A stretch of 64,000 bases of DNA, from positions 76,508,001-76,572,000 of the forward strand of contig NC_043007.1 in NCBI RefSeq assembly GCF_006345805.1, given 5' to 3'. Position 1 is the first letter of the stretch. The number at the start of each line of letters is the position of its first letter. This DNA is from Octopus sinensis. Taxonomy: Eukaryota. The notes beneath the pieces are model-generated. The model was given only the letters and a program-made list of their open reading frames with translations, was not told the DNA's origin and ran no database searches. The position numbers and the translations under genes are program-made. Below, in pieces: positions 1-13,769 of the stretch.

Positions 1-248
1 GGAGAATCTTGTGGTGTTCTTCGATGGTATTCAGGATTGATGCAGCCGACGTCGATGCTTTTGCCAGCAGTTTCCACGCAGTTATTCCCGCATTTATTAG
101 AATCGAAGTGATAGCCGTACATATCATAGCAAACTTGACATTCAAAGAGACAGCGGTAGTACAGAGGATTTCTCGGCAAGGGTTGCTCCCACCAGGCTCC
201 TTCTAATCCTCGGCAGATAAGTGAGAAGACGGTTAGAAGTGCAAATAT
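1..248 (-). CDS. EH: Coding exon of an eclosion hormone-like (EH family) neuropeptide precursor; runs off the left edge of the window
   Basis: Acceptor atatatttccAG at 250-249, then an open phase-0 frame: IFALLTVFSLICRGLEGAWWEQPLPRNPLYYRCLFECQVCYDMYGYHFDSNKCGNNCVETAGKSIDVGCINPEYHRRTPQDS. Cys spacing C-x3-C-x2-C-x12-C-x3-C-x11-C with MxGxxF and GK matches insect EH (C-x3-C-x2-C-x12-C-x3-C-x10-C). Hydrophobic N-terminus fits a signal peptide. The upstream frame has a TAA, so the start Met must be spliced in. Confidence 0.85.
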   Translation of the reverse strand, partial: MFALLTVFSLICRGLEGAWWEQPLPRNPLYYRCLFECQVCYDMYGYHFDSNKCGNNCVETAGKSIDVGCINPEYHRRTPQDS

Positions 249-708
249 CTGGAAATATATTTTTTAAAATATACAGATTTGTGAGAGATTCGGTATACTA
301 CAGTTCCCCCCACCTCATCCCGATCTATTGTATGCTATATAGTAGAATATGGATACAGTGAACGCAGGCATGGTTGTAGGGTGATCGGAGCATCTTCTGG
401 CATTATTCTGGACCAGTTGCATTCCTTTACAATGAGATCTATTTAGCATTTGATAAATAAAGATCAATATCATTAGTATCAGACAAAGTACAGACGTCAT
501 GACAATCACCTAAAATAATTGAACACGATGCCCCAAACATGAACACAATTTAAAAACTGAATCTTTGTACATATACTTACCGACTATCCAATTTTATTCG
601 CGTGTCTGTGTTCGTCAGAACTGTTACATGTAGTGGGAAGAGAAACTCCAAATACCAACTGTGTGAATCATCACCTTAATGTTTTTAACGTTTACTCAGA
701 CTTGTCAG

Positions 709-873
<165 letters not shown>

Positions 874-939
874 TAATAGTAATGATATGACAACAAATGA
901 ATGAATGAGACCACGATATTATGTAAATGGAGGAAATTA

Positions 940-1118
940 TCTGTAATATAATATGTTACAATTATTCGGTTGCCATAATAAAACTCCGAGTTTCTGCTCT
1001 TGCATCTCGTCACTTATTAAGACAAACAAAACTGACGAGATGCCGGAGTAGATTTCCGCCCCGACATCCGCACCTCGGAGTTTTATTATGGCAACCCAGT
1101 CACATATTATATTACAGA
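940..1118. mobile_element. MITE with about 50-bp imperfect TIRs, flanked by TA (Tc1/mariner-type target)
   Basis: TCTGTAATATAATATGT...GTTGCCATAATAAAACTCCGAG at the left is mirrored at the right end. TA at 938-939 and 1119-1120. Confidence 0.75.
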
Positions 1119-1336
1119 TATACACACACACACACACAGATATGATGTAATTGTATTGTATTTTATATTTATATTTCCATGTCTAGTTATATTTGCAATA
1201 TATTATGTATAATGTCATTGCTGTTATGTAATGGTGTAATAAAGTATTGATTGGGTATTATCTGATGATTGATGATTGATTTAGGTATGTTTCTCCATTT
1301 TCTCATTTTGTATATATATATATATATATATATATA

Positions 1337-1849
1337 CTAGCAGTATCGTCCGGCGTTGCTCGGGTTTGTAAGGGAAATAACTATATAAGCATTTTTAGAG
1401 AGTTACTTCCCTTATAGATGCCAATTCGGGCTTTCTTAGCCATTTCTGTTTTGGTGTCTTCAAGCCATGAAGTCGTTGTTCTAAAAGAACGCTGGTCTCC
1501 TTGGCAACGCTTTACGACGTTGATTTCCTTACACTCCCTTCCCCACAGCTTCACGAGGGAGGGAAGAAGGGGGAGAAACAAACAGGTGCAGGTGTGACCA
1601 TGGACGCCAACTCCGCCGCCATCGACACACGAAAAATTATGCATTAAAATGGAATAAAAAATTATGTTAAATTATTTTTAAAATCGTAGACTCATCGTGG
1701 ACGCGCGCTAATACTCAGACGGGCTCGATATGAATCCCGACTATAAGATACCCGAATTTGGTTAAACTGCACCGCAAAATGTGGGAGTAGTTAGGAATCT
1801 AAATCGAAGGGGACAGACACTCACACAACTACAGTTTTATATATATAGA
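1337..1849 (-). mobile_element. Non-autonomous Helitron-like element, copy 1
   Basis: On the minus strand it starts A|TCTATATATATAAAAC and ends with a GC hairpin (CCGAGCAACGCCGG) then CTAG|T. About a dozen differences from the copy at 32828-33338. Confidence 0.8.
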
Positions 1850-2025
1850 TATAGATATATATATGTATGTATGTATGTATGTATATACATACATATATGT
1901 ACATACATATATATATATATAATATATATATATATAAAATATTATTAGAGACAAAACCACTATTTTGCAAAACAAACAAGGAAAGACTTAATCAATATAT
2001 ACATATATATATAATATTAGAAAAA

Positions 2026-2111
2026 AAACACCTTTTATCAATTCAAAATGAATAATTAAATTTCTAGATGGTGTAATTTAATTATTCATTTTGAATTGAT
2101 AAAAGGTGTTT
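2026..2111. repeat. Perfect inverted repeat, 37-bp arms, 12-nt loop
   Basis: AAACACCTTTTATCAATTCAAAATGAATAATTAAATT (2026-2062) and its reverse complement (2075-2111), between (TA)n runs. Confidence 0.9.
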
Positions 2112-2230
2112 CTTTCCAATATTTTATATATATATTATATTGTGTGTAATTTGATTTAGTATTTCTAAATTGAATTCTTTTTCCTTGTAAGTTTGGATTT
2201 TATTCCCTTAAATAATAATTATTATATATA

Positions 2231-2272
<42 letters not shown>

Positions 2273-2550
2273 TATATATATACAAAAACTCATATGGCTT
2301 TTGAATTTTTATGTTCATCTATTTCTGTTGATGTCGTTCTCTCACAAGAGGAAGTTCTCAAATTTTACTTAAAATTTCGCTAGAAAAAAAAGAAAACTTT
2401 GTTTGAAAGTATCAAATCGCCACAATGGGACCGTGGAGATATGGAAAGACGGAAACATTCCCCCTAAATACGAATCAGATGTTCGAAAACATTCTTTTGC
2501 TGTATAAAGAATAGTTTACGATACATATTATATCTAAGATAAAAATTATG

Positions 2551-2610
2551 TATCGTAAACGTAGGACGAACTTGAAAAATGAAAAACAAGTTCGTCCTAC
2601 GTTTACGATA
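2551..2610. repeat. Perfect inverted repeat, 24-bp arms, 12-nt loop
   Basis: TATCGTAAACGTAGGACGAACTTG / CAAGTTCGTCCTACGTTTACGATA. Overlaps a second 14-bp inverted pair starting at 2514. Confidence 0.9.
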
Positions 2611-3758
2611 ATCTGAGGTCTTTTCATTATTATTCAGAGATCAATTCACAAAAATTATTAAGTATACAAACTTATCGATAGATCAACTCGAACTAGATTG
2701 TAAAGGAAAGATTGGGTTGCGTTGAAAAAAAAATTGAAAAGAATGAGATGAAAAATGTAAAAAGCTTACAGGACGAAGAAAAATATTGTAAAAACGTAAA
2801 GAGTCAGAAATATATTACATTATCTTAGCAACTATTCATCACTTACATTATTTAATGACGAAGAAATTACCTGTGAATTTCGACCAATGCTAAAAACAAG
2901 TGTATCTAGGGGAAGTTAAAGGTAAAACCCCAATCAGTGTAGATGTTGTTTTTAACAGCTTTAAGCTGAAATCAAGTGAGTGATAAAATAGTAACGTTTT
3001 ATGTCGATTCCATTAGCTCAAATACAATGAGATGTTACTGAGTAAGTTCGTTTCTCAGTCATATGGTTCCGGTTCAGTACCTTTGCGCGGCATTTTGAGC
3101 AAGTGCCTTCTGCCTTAACCTCGCGTTGCCCAATGGCTTGTAAATAACATTCGAATACGGGAAACACAGTCGGGAGCCTGTCGGTTACTAGCCCTTATAC
3201 AAACTTTTACACACACACACACACACACACACTTACACTCACGTATATGATAGTCTAGGGTTCAGACAAATATAGACCGTGTTATTGGCTAGCAATCTCG
3301 TCGACGTTCATTCTTTTTTAAAATCTCTCAAATAAATGATAAGAGAAAATACTTTTGTGTATATAATCGACTAAAAGAACGGAAACTAATACTCCAGCAG
3401 TACAATGAAATATTATATGTATATTATATGTATGTATAAGTGGGTTTGTGTCTATGTATGTCTGTGTGTATGTATGTCTATGTGTATGTGAGAGTGTGCG
3501 CGTGCGGATGTGTATGTCCTTTCAAAATCAAAACTTCTTCCTAAAAATGTATCAAGAATTACAATAGTATGGAATTTTAAAATAAATGCGGAAATATTTC
3601 TTACCTTTTTCATGATTGAAGAATAATTTAGGAAAATTAGGTGAGCAAATGTAGAAATGCTTTCGATGGAATTGGTGAATTCTCTATTTTAGAGAGTTTA
3701 TAATATAATGAATTCTAGTGGCGAATATATATATAGATAGCAAATCACTCCCTCCATT

Positions 3759-4570
<812 letters not shown>

Positions 4571-6057
4571 ATGTATGCATGTAAAATTAATGTCCATGCA
4601 TTGATTTCTTATTATGTTTCTGTGTAGTATAAAGACGTGGGAGAAGTATTCATTAAAAGACAAATCTGCGTAGGCTTATAATTTTATAATCGCGAATATC
4701 GTTAATCAGTGATATTGCAATTCTATTAATAATCTACTAAGATGCTTTTTAAGTTGTTTACCCGAATGTCAGCTGTGGGACAACAATTAAAGCCATTTTA
4801 GCTGTGAAATTCCCAACATTTAATCCTATATGGTCTTTTAAGATTATATTTTTTATGCATACTATAATCGTTGTGTTTCTTTAGCTCTTGATGAACCCTA
4901 ATCCTGTAAACATATGTTCATTGGCGCTCCAACCATAACCATCCCGTTTCTATTTATCACATCCACTACGTTTTTCATTGTGCCTCTTCTTTTTAAAAAT
5001 GAATGCGTGTGCCTTGAAGATTTTTGCTGCTGTTTCTAGCAAGCCCAATGAGGTCGAGCAAGCCTTATAAAGCTCCCTCTTTGGATCGTCTACATTGTAG
5101 TGTAGTACTTAATATTAGTAGTAATGTTTTTCTTTTTATTTGTCGTTTAGTTCTATATCAGCCTTTATTGAGCAGATCTGTGAAAGCATTCTAGCTGTGC
5201 ACTCCTATCCTTTTTTATTGCATAAATAGTATAATCTAGTATGTTATCTAATAGATCATTCCTTATTATTTAGTCCCAAGTCAGCCATGATCCAGGTTAC
5301 CTATGGTCACACGTTCTACTACTTTAACAATCATGTCTGTTATTCAGATATAATGTATCTAAGGTTACTACATTATTTTGTCCTAAGTCGGCATTAATCC
5401 AGAAGATTAAAGTTCTTGTTAGCTGTGACGAACATGCCTTTTATTCTGAGACAGCGTATCAAGTGTTACATTAGGGATTATAGTTATTTATCCCATATCA
5501 GACTTGATTATATAAACTTCTATCAAAACTGTTCCAGCCGTGATTATTTCATATTTCAGCTCAGATGTAAAATGTATATGAATATACAGATGATAACATT
5601 ATATGATGTAACTGTCCCTGCTGTTGTTACTTAACCCCATTTCAACCTTGGTCAAGCAAACTTTGGATCAAAGGTTTTCCCATCATGAATAAATTATGCT
5701 TTATTCAAACATTATTGTACTATTGGTTTTCTTGATTTTTTTCTAGTTTGGCCCAAGAACAACCCTGTTATAGGGCATACTTATGATAAAAGGTAATCTA
5801 ACTGGGACTGTCACAAGTTTTGTATACCGGGTTTTATACTGTCCGCTGTATTCTCCTTTTAAGTCCTGCTTTATTTTTTCTAGCAAGCCGAGCAACCAAA
5901 TTACTAAGTTCTCATTTCACTTTTATGTAAAGTACATGTGCGCGGTTGTATACATACAAACATACATGCAAAATACATACAAACATACGTGTGTGTGCAC
6001 GTGTATGTGTGTGAGTGTGTGAGTATGTGTGTGTGTAGACGTATATATATATATATG

Positions 6058-6151
<94 letters not shown>

Positions 6152-6863
6152 ACTTCTAATGTTAGACTTAAATTTTATGAAGGGAATTCACTGAAGCTTC
6201 ACCAGTTCTTTACTCTAACTCTAGAGGGGAGACAGATTATCTGGAGACTAAACCCATCCTTTTAGGGATTTCCTTCCATATCCCATAAATACCCAAAACT
6301 CATAACCCAAATCCCTCGAGTAGCTTGCTTGTAGTTGCACTTCGGCCGTTCAAAGAAAGAAAAACACATCCTAAATCCTAGCAAAATGGACAACTTTTAC
6401 TCACCACCAAAATTCCTTCTAGACATATTTCAAAAAGCAAATTCTACTTCCGTGCATCGCACACCTTTCAAGATCTCTAACCTCCCAAATCGCTGCCGAT
6501 CCTTTTCAATCCATACCTAAAGGATTTCAACTAGCTAAGTGTAATTCTTCTTGTCTCCATTTGCCGACTGTGATAATTTTGTAAGCGGTGTTGCAACAGG
6601 AAAGACTTTGACACATTCTGCCCTTTTCTAGATAACGTTACACCACACGCACACTAGGTAAAATTCTTCCAAAGTTTTCTCCGCTCAAACTAGGCTATTG
6701 CTTTAGACCTACGAGACCATTGGCCTTGAAAGTTTCCCTTCCAGCACTCTGAAAGAATGCATTCTAAGTTAGGATCTACCTATCCCAACCAAACTCTTCG
6801 ATCTTTCTCTTTATATATAAGGACATATCTCAATTTTCGAAAATGCACCACACTGAAACCCAC

Positions 6864-7104
6864 TTCTACAAAGGAAAACTTCAACCACGGCAACTATCTG
6901 CTGGTCGTTCTTACAAAATATCAAAGATAAAGGAGATAGTCATTAGCAACTATATTCTACAAAGGAAAACTTCAACCACGGCAACTATCTGCTGGTCGTT
7001 CTTACAAAATATCAAAGATAAAGGAGATAGTCATTAGCAACTATATTCTACAAAGGAAAACTTCAACCACAGATAAAGGAGATAGTCATTAGCAACTATA
7101 TTCT
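6864..7104 (+). repeat. Tandem duplication of a 91-bp unit: two identical copies plus a third with an internal deletion
   Basis: Units start at 6864, 6955 and 7046 (TTCTACAAAGGAAAACTTCAACCAC...). Confidence 0.9.
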
Positions 7105-7668
7105 CAATATATTAAATATCTTTTTCTCCCTAGTGATCACCAGTACAGCTTCATTAGTAACAAATTTAGAGGAAACCGACACTTGATTTTGAGAGATTTG
7201 ATGAAAACAATGTTGTTACACTTCACGAAAAATAGCGCTTGACTGTGTCAGGCAGTCAACATCTTAGCTAAGTTACCCGCCTATTGGCTTCTTGTGATAA
7301 TCGTCTATTACAATGGAGGCTTCTAATAAAATTTTCCCAACACGTCGTGTATTGAGGAGGTTCTCCCTCTCTTTTTTTCTCTCTCACCATCTCTAAAATA
7401 TATTGCATTGACTACAGTGTGTCCAGGGTTTGGTTTTTGCCCTCTATACTATTCATCTTATATACAACTTACTATCATCCAACAACGCATACTCCTATTC
7501 ATACGATATCGTCGGTCATTTTTCCCTAATCTTCTGCACCCAAGATTCTTCAATATACAACTTAGATATTTCACACTAAACCTGTATTTCCTCCATCAAG
7601 TCCTCGAAAGCGTTCTCCAGTAGGATTATGACAATCATATCTTCTTCAACAACTCAAAGATAATTATC

Positions 7669-7706
<38 letters not shown>

Positions 7707-9296
7707 ACAAAATAATCATATACCTCATTAAACCGAAACCTCTAGGTTGCTACTAAGCATCCCTATCCTTGACAATGTCTCCTGACAATTTTACAACTTT
7801 GATGTATTAAATACTACACCACAATGACTGACCTTCATTTTTTCAGTGCTTGATAATACTTGAGCCTCTAACAGTTACTCATATAAAGTTAGAGACCTAC
7901 AGTGGAATACTCTTTTCCTGTCTGAAACGGCGCTGCTACTACATGTACATAATATCCCGGACCATCTGACGGAAGAGTCCATCTGACTAATTGGGATGAA
8001 ATTACTCATCAATATACTTCAAATTCTGGCCTTTAAATGTACTGTCTCCTCACTACCCCTATTATTGTGACTACAGTGGCCTCTACTCTTCATACTTATC
8101 CGGTCTCGTACCACCTCTACCCAATCATTGCTGATCACTTGTTTTTCTTCCTCTCGTTACTCATATCGTGTCCTCCATCAGTGCACCGGTGTTTCCGTCC
8201 TATTCTTTCTCCCCAAAACTTTAGCCCTCTGAAATTACTCCATGTTTTCCCGCAGCCTTGACCTTGTAATTCAATGAGGAAAAGCATCAGTGGCATCGAA
8301 ATCATGTTACGAAGTGCCTTTAAAGGCTATGACTCTTCAATGGTACTTTCGTTCAAACCAAATCATTAAAGAAAAATTTACAAATATGTTTCTATACAAA
8401 TAGTTTGAACAACAATTATATTTATAGAACAAGAAAGAAAGGAGGTAACATGGTTAGTGAATAATTCAACATTACATTAACGACATGTAATACGTATACC
8501 TCATTCTGAATCAAGAAATAAGCATACAAAATTGTACGTTGTTATTATTTACTTTGAGCAACCTTTATCTGTTGATCGGAGATCTACCTGCACAATGTAA
8601 TAGTGATAGAATATTTATATTACACGTCAGTTGTTAGTTTTATCCCAACCCAGTAGAACCATTTGAATTTTGCTGAGCGGATCAAGTTCTAAACTAAAGA
8701 AATATTTTCTATACTCGCACATCTGTTTCATTTCATTTTATCATGTATATCTGTATTTTGTGGCAACTATACACATGGGTGCAGGGCCAATCTTTTAGGC
8801 GCCAGAGCTGATAAAAAAATACTTTACTAATTTCTTTCTCTGAATACATGTGACATCCAGCAATCACTGATAATTAAGATATCAATGACATTATAGCTTA
8901 TCATGTCACAGCACTGTTCCAAAGCTCCCACCCATCCCGTCTAAAGAACGGATACTGCAATAACTTAGGATTCAAAGGCTATTTAATATCTTGCCAAAAC
9001 AAAACAGCTAAGAGATCTATATAGAGTAGGGGTACATATTTTCAAGTAACACCTTGAACTTCTACTGTTGAAAGTCCCAGGTGAACATATATTATAACAT
9101 AAAATTCAAAAGAGGGTAGTAATATCAAACTCATTCATTCACCTAAAGCCAACAAGCCAACTACATGAGACGAGGAGCCTAAACATTAAAAGGATGATGA
9201 TACTGGCGATGCCCCAGCATAGAGACACCCTTTAAGCTGAAACGCATATAAGAAAAGAATTATATATATATATATGTGCGTATGTGTATGTGTGTT

Positions 9297-9370
<74 letters not shown>

Positions 9371-10095
9371 TGTGCGTGTGTAAGTGATGGCTACATAGGC
9401 GCAGTGAATGTATGCTGGCTAGGTACCGTATTCGGATGTTAATAAGAAAGCAATATTACGTAACCGTTGACTAAATAGACACTGAGCAATAGCTGGATAC
9501 TCACAGAGAACAGATGTTAACTAGTCATTGTAGGTATATGTTGACTAAGTAATCCAAGTACATCGGTGATGACTAATTGTTCACATGTGTGGTCAAAAAG
9601 TTAAGTGCGAGCATGGCTGTATGGTTATATAGCCCACTTAGCAACCAGATCGTTTCGGTTTCGGTCCCGCTGCACAGTACCTTGGGCAAGTGTCTTATAT
9701 TTTAGCCCAGAGCTGACCAATAGCTCGTGAGTGAATTTGGTAAACGAAAACTGTGTGTATAAATAAATAAATATATATACATACATACATAAGTACATAC
9801 GTACGTATGTTTAGCATATTGGGTGTCCACTTTAGGGGTCATTCCTCTTAATTTTGTATGTAACACAATTTTTAATTTTCGGATTTTTTAAATATGCAGA
9901 GCCACTGGTTTTAATTGATTAATATCAATTTCTACCCTTATTATTTAATATATATATATGTCCACACATGACGGGCTTTTTATATATGTGTATGTATGTA
10001 TGTATGTATGTATGTATGTATGTTATGTATGTATGTATGTATGTATGTATGTATGTATGTATATGTCCCTTCCTTGGACCTTTCTTTTTTTATAT

Positions 10096-10130
10096 GTTTC
10101 TGACGAAGAGCTCCGCTCGAAAAGTTAAAT
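10096..10130 (+). ncRNA. Degenerate minimal hammerhead ribozyme motif in a Penelope-like terminus
   Basis: GTTT-CTGACGA-A-GAGC-TCC-GCTC-GAAA-AGTT-AAAT. Core and stem II are present, with an extra A after the core and a stem III mismatch. Confidence 0.45.
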
Positions 10131-10274
10131 CCTCCTTTCTTTCCTTTCCTGAGCGTCTAATAACACTATACTTGTTCCACGTCCTCGCGTTATTGTGTTT
10201 CTCTTGGTCATATTGGAATAACTACGTATATGTATATATGTATATATGTATATATGTATATATGTATGTATGTG

Positions 10275-10306
<32 letters not shown>

Positions 10307-10346
10307 ATATATAATATATATATATATATATAATATATATATATAG

Positions 10347-10523
10347 TTATGGCCCCGGTCTATGTGTTCACTCAGGGTTTCGTGTTTATAAAGCGCTTAG
10401 CTTCACAATGTTTCGTCAGATCCTAATGGCCGAAGCCACCGGCCATTAGGGTTTGACTAGACGTTGTAAAGCTAAGCGGTTTATGGACACGAAACCCTGG
10501 GTAACCCCACAGACTGGCCATAA
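10347..10523. mobile_element. Fold-back (near-palindromic) MITE, possibly PIF/Harbinger-like
   Basis: TTATGGCC...GGCCATAA ends. The arms pair imperfectly along the whole length to a central CCTAATGGCCG-aagccac-CGGCCATTAGG hairpin. TWA-like flanks. Confidence 0.6.
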
Positions 10524-10604
10524 GTATCTTTATCTAAATACTCTACTGCTCTATAACTTAGAGTGTATTTCTCTTTCGGATTTATGATTTAATGACGAGA
10601 TATA

Positions 10605-10836
10605 TATTTCTTTACTACCCACAAGGGGCTAAACATAGAAGGGACAAACAAGGACAGACAAAGGGATTAAGTCGATTATATCGACCCCAGTGCGTAACTG
10701 GTACTTAATTTATCGACCCCGAAAGGATGAAAGGCAAAGTCGACCTCGGCGGAATTTGAACTCGGAACGTAACGACAGACGAAATACTGCTACGAATTTC
10801 GCCCAGCGTGCTAACGTTTCTACCAGCTCGCCGCCT
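10605..10836 (-). mobile_element. tRNA-derived SINE, family B (Meta-domain-like core)
   Basis: Head GGCGGCGAGCTGG with B box GAGTTCAAATTCC; core GTCGACTTTGCCTTTCATCCTTTCGGGGTCGATAAA. Many copies in the window. Confidence 0.85.
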
Positions 10837-10844
10837 TTGACGAG

Positions 10845-10877
<33 letters not shown>

Positions 10878-10880
10878 GTG

Positions 10881-10940
<60 letters not shown>

Positions 10941-11980
10941 GTGTGTGTGTGTGTGTGTGCACACGTGTTTCTCCACCACCACCACTTAGCAATTGGTGTT
11001 GGTGTGTTTATGTCCCCGTAACTTAGTAGTTAAGATAAAGAGACCGATGGAATAAGTACCAGGCTTAGAAGAAAAAAGTTCCGGGGCCGATTTCGACTAA
11101 AAACCTTCAAGGCGGTGCCCGGCATGGCCGCAGTCGAATGACTGGAAAATGTAAAAGATACATATGCATGTACGTATGTATGTATGTATGTATGTATGTA
11201 TGTATGTATGTATGTATGTATGTGTGCGTGTGTGTGTGTGCGTCTGTGTGTGTGTACGTGCGTGTGTATGTGTCTTTGCATCTGTGTTGCCAAACCCGCC
11301 GCTTCACAACCGGTGCTCGATTGTTCATGTCCCCGTAAACTAGTGATCCAACAGAAATAAGGGATAGAATGGGTACTAGACTCGAAAAAAGACAATCTTA
11401 GGTACTGGGGTCGATCAGTTTGACTAAATCTTTCAAGCCAGTATCCCAGCCTTGTTCGTCATAACACGTGGTCATGGATGGATTTTTACAAAGCAAAATT
11501 AATGAACAAGTAAACATGGCGAAATTAGTGGCAATATATTTTGTTCTATTTTATTTCAATTTATAGTAGATTTTCAATTTATAGTAGATATCTTTGTTTG
11601 TTTCTTTGCTTTTTATTTATACATTTATTTACGTATATCTTTATTTATGTATTTATGAATTTATTTAAAGATGCCCACAATGTCAAGGGCAACATCAGTA
11701 ATGCTTATGTTGTTTCGACTCAATTGATGGCAGAATATATCTAATCAGTGTGGCTGGGAAGTAGGGAAAGATAATTATTCCACGCACGTCGACGATTAAC
11801 CCAAAAACAATTCACACACACAAACATGTATACATATATAAGCATGTGTGTGTGTATGTGTGTGAGTGTGAGTGTATGTGCATGTCTATATACATATGTG
11901 TGTGTATATTTATATGTGCACATCGATAAATATATATATATAAATATCATTTCACATATATATATATATATATATATATA

Positions 11981-12092
<112 letters not shown>

Positions 12093-12125
12093 TACATACA
12101 TATACATATACATCTTTCTGTGTTC

Positions 12126-12161
12126 CTTTCTGTGGAAGAGCGTAGGCTCGAAACGTAAAAG
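12126..12161 (+). ncRNA. Degenerate hammerhead-like motif (core CTGTGGA) in a Penelope-like terminus
   Basis: CTTT-CTGTGGA-A-GAGC-GTAG-GCTC-GAAAC-GTA-AAAG. The topology is preserved but A6 of the core is altered. Confidence 0.35.
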
Positions 12162-12266
12162 ACTTTTTCAATTCCCGAGCGTTATACTAATACATCTGTT
12201 TGTTTTCTACACCACTTGTCTTCGTCTTTTGTTTTTTGTTTTTTAGTGAATTCTCTCTCTCTCTCT

Positions 12267-12312
<46 letters not shown>

Positions 12313-12468
12313 ATATATTATATATATATATATATATATATAGAAGAGAAGAGAAGAGAGAGAGAGAGATATATATTTGTATGTATGTGTGTATGCATTA
12401 CATATATATATTAGTAGTAGTTATGAAGTGCAAATATATACAATTATATATATATATATATATACATA

Positions 12469-13704
12469 CGAGAGGATGTTGGAAAGTTTCTGACATTGGA
12501 TAAAAGAAAATACAAGAGGATAGGTTAAGATTTTATTTAACATATTCCCTATATATTCACACGTAGTGGTCCTTCAGTTTTTCTAAGCCTTGTAAAAAGA
12601 ACTCGGAAAGTTTGGCCTCCAGCCAGACCTCTGTAGCAGCGATCACTTCCAGATTGGAGTGAAATTTAGTTCTCTTGAGATGTTTCTTCAGCTGTGGAAA
12701 GAGGTGACAGTCGGAGGGAGCCAAGTCAGGAGAATAAGGTGGGTGGTCTACTAATTTGAAATCAAAGTAAGGTATCTTTCGTAGAGTTTCACGTGCAGTG
12801 AGTGTTGATGCATTGACCTGCAAAATAAAATCGGACACTCCGGTTCAACTTCCCACGGCGTTTCTGCTTCAAATCTTCGGGCAGTTCGTCCAGCAGAGAC
12901 ATGTAGCATTCCGCGTTGATGGTGCGACCCTTTGGCAGGTATTTTATGAGTACTCCGTCTTTACCCAGAACACTGAAGTCAGAATCTTCCCAGCTGACTT
13001 CTAAGTCCGAGACTTCTTGGGACGCGTTGAACCTCTGTGACACAGCTCTATCGATTGCTGCTTGCTTTGGGAATCATAATGAAAATAAGTTTCATCCACA
13101 GTGACTAGATGAGCCATTAAATCAGTTTCTCCCGCTACAAACTGGTCCAAGATAGCCTTTGATGCCGTCACTCTGATACTTTTCTGATCTGCGTTCAAGC
13201 ATTTTGGCACCCATTTTGCAGAAAGCTTTTTCATGTCCAGAATGTAGTGGATGATGTGGCCAACTCCTTCACGAGAAATCCCCAGAGTCTCAACTATGAT
13301 TTTAGCGGTAATCCGGTAGTCCTTAAGAATCATGACGTGCATAGCATCTGCTTTGTCCTCTGTTGTCGCAGACGTTGGCTGCCCTGACTGGGATTCATCT
13401 GTAACCTCGAAATGACCAGTCCGAAACCTTAACACCCAGATTTTCCCTGTGGAACAAGATGAGCAGCTATCCTTCAGCTCACCATGCTTTCCGCCGCTCC
13501 TTTACTTTGCAAAAAGAGGAACTTCATGACAGCTCATACTTCAGTTTAACCAAAATCCAATGTAGAAGTTGCTATCATGCTCTAAATCTTCAAAAAAGAG
13601 AAAGATATATTGTATACTATCATGATTCTTTGCTTATCTTCTCCTAAATAGTTGTCTTACCCTACGCAATACCCTTAAGACCATGAACTTTTCAGCACCC
13701 CTTC
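12469..13704 (-). mobile_element. Full-length inactive mariner transposon (DD34D transposase pseudogene)
   Basis: Frameshifted fragments contain WVPKCL, LVTVDET and HPPYSPDLAPSD. Degenerate TIRs (CGAGAGGATGTTGGAAAG / CTTTTCAGCACCCTTCG). TA on the left. About 1.24 kb. Confidence 0.92.
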
Positions 13705-13708
13705 GTGT

Positions 13709-13769
<61 letters not shown>

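Noticed and set aside
9-206. Plus-strand 65-aa ORF
   Set aside because: It is the antisense shadow of the EH-like exon and has no recognisable motif.
1381-1644. 87-aa ORF repeated at 33031-33294
   Set aside because: It lies inside the two Helitron-like copies, starts at a non-ATG codon and shows no RepHel similarity.
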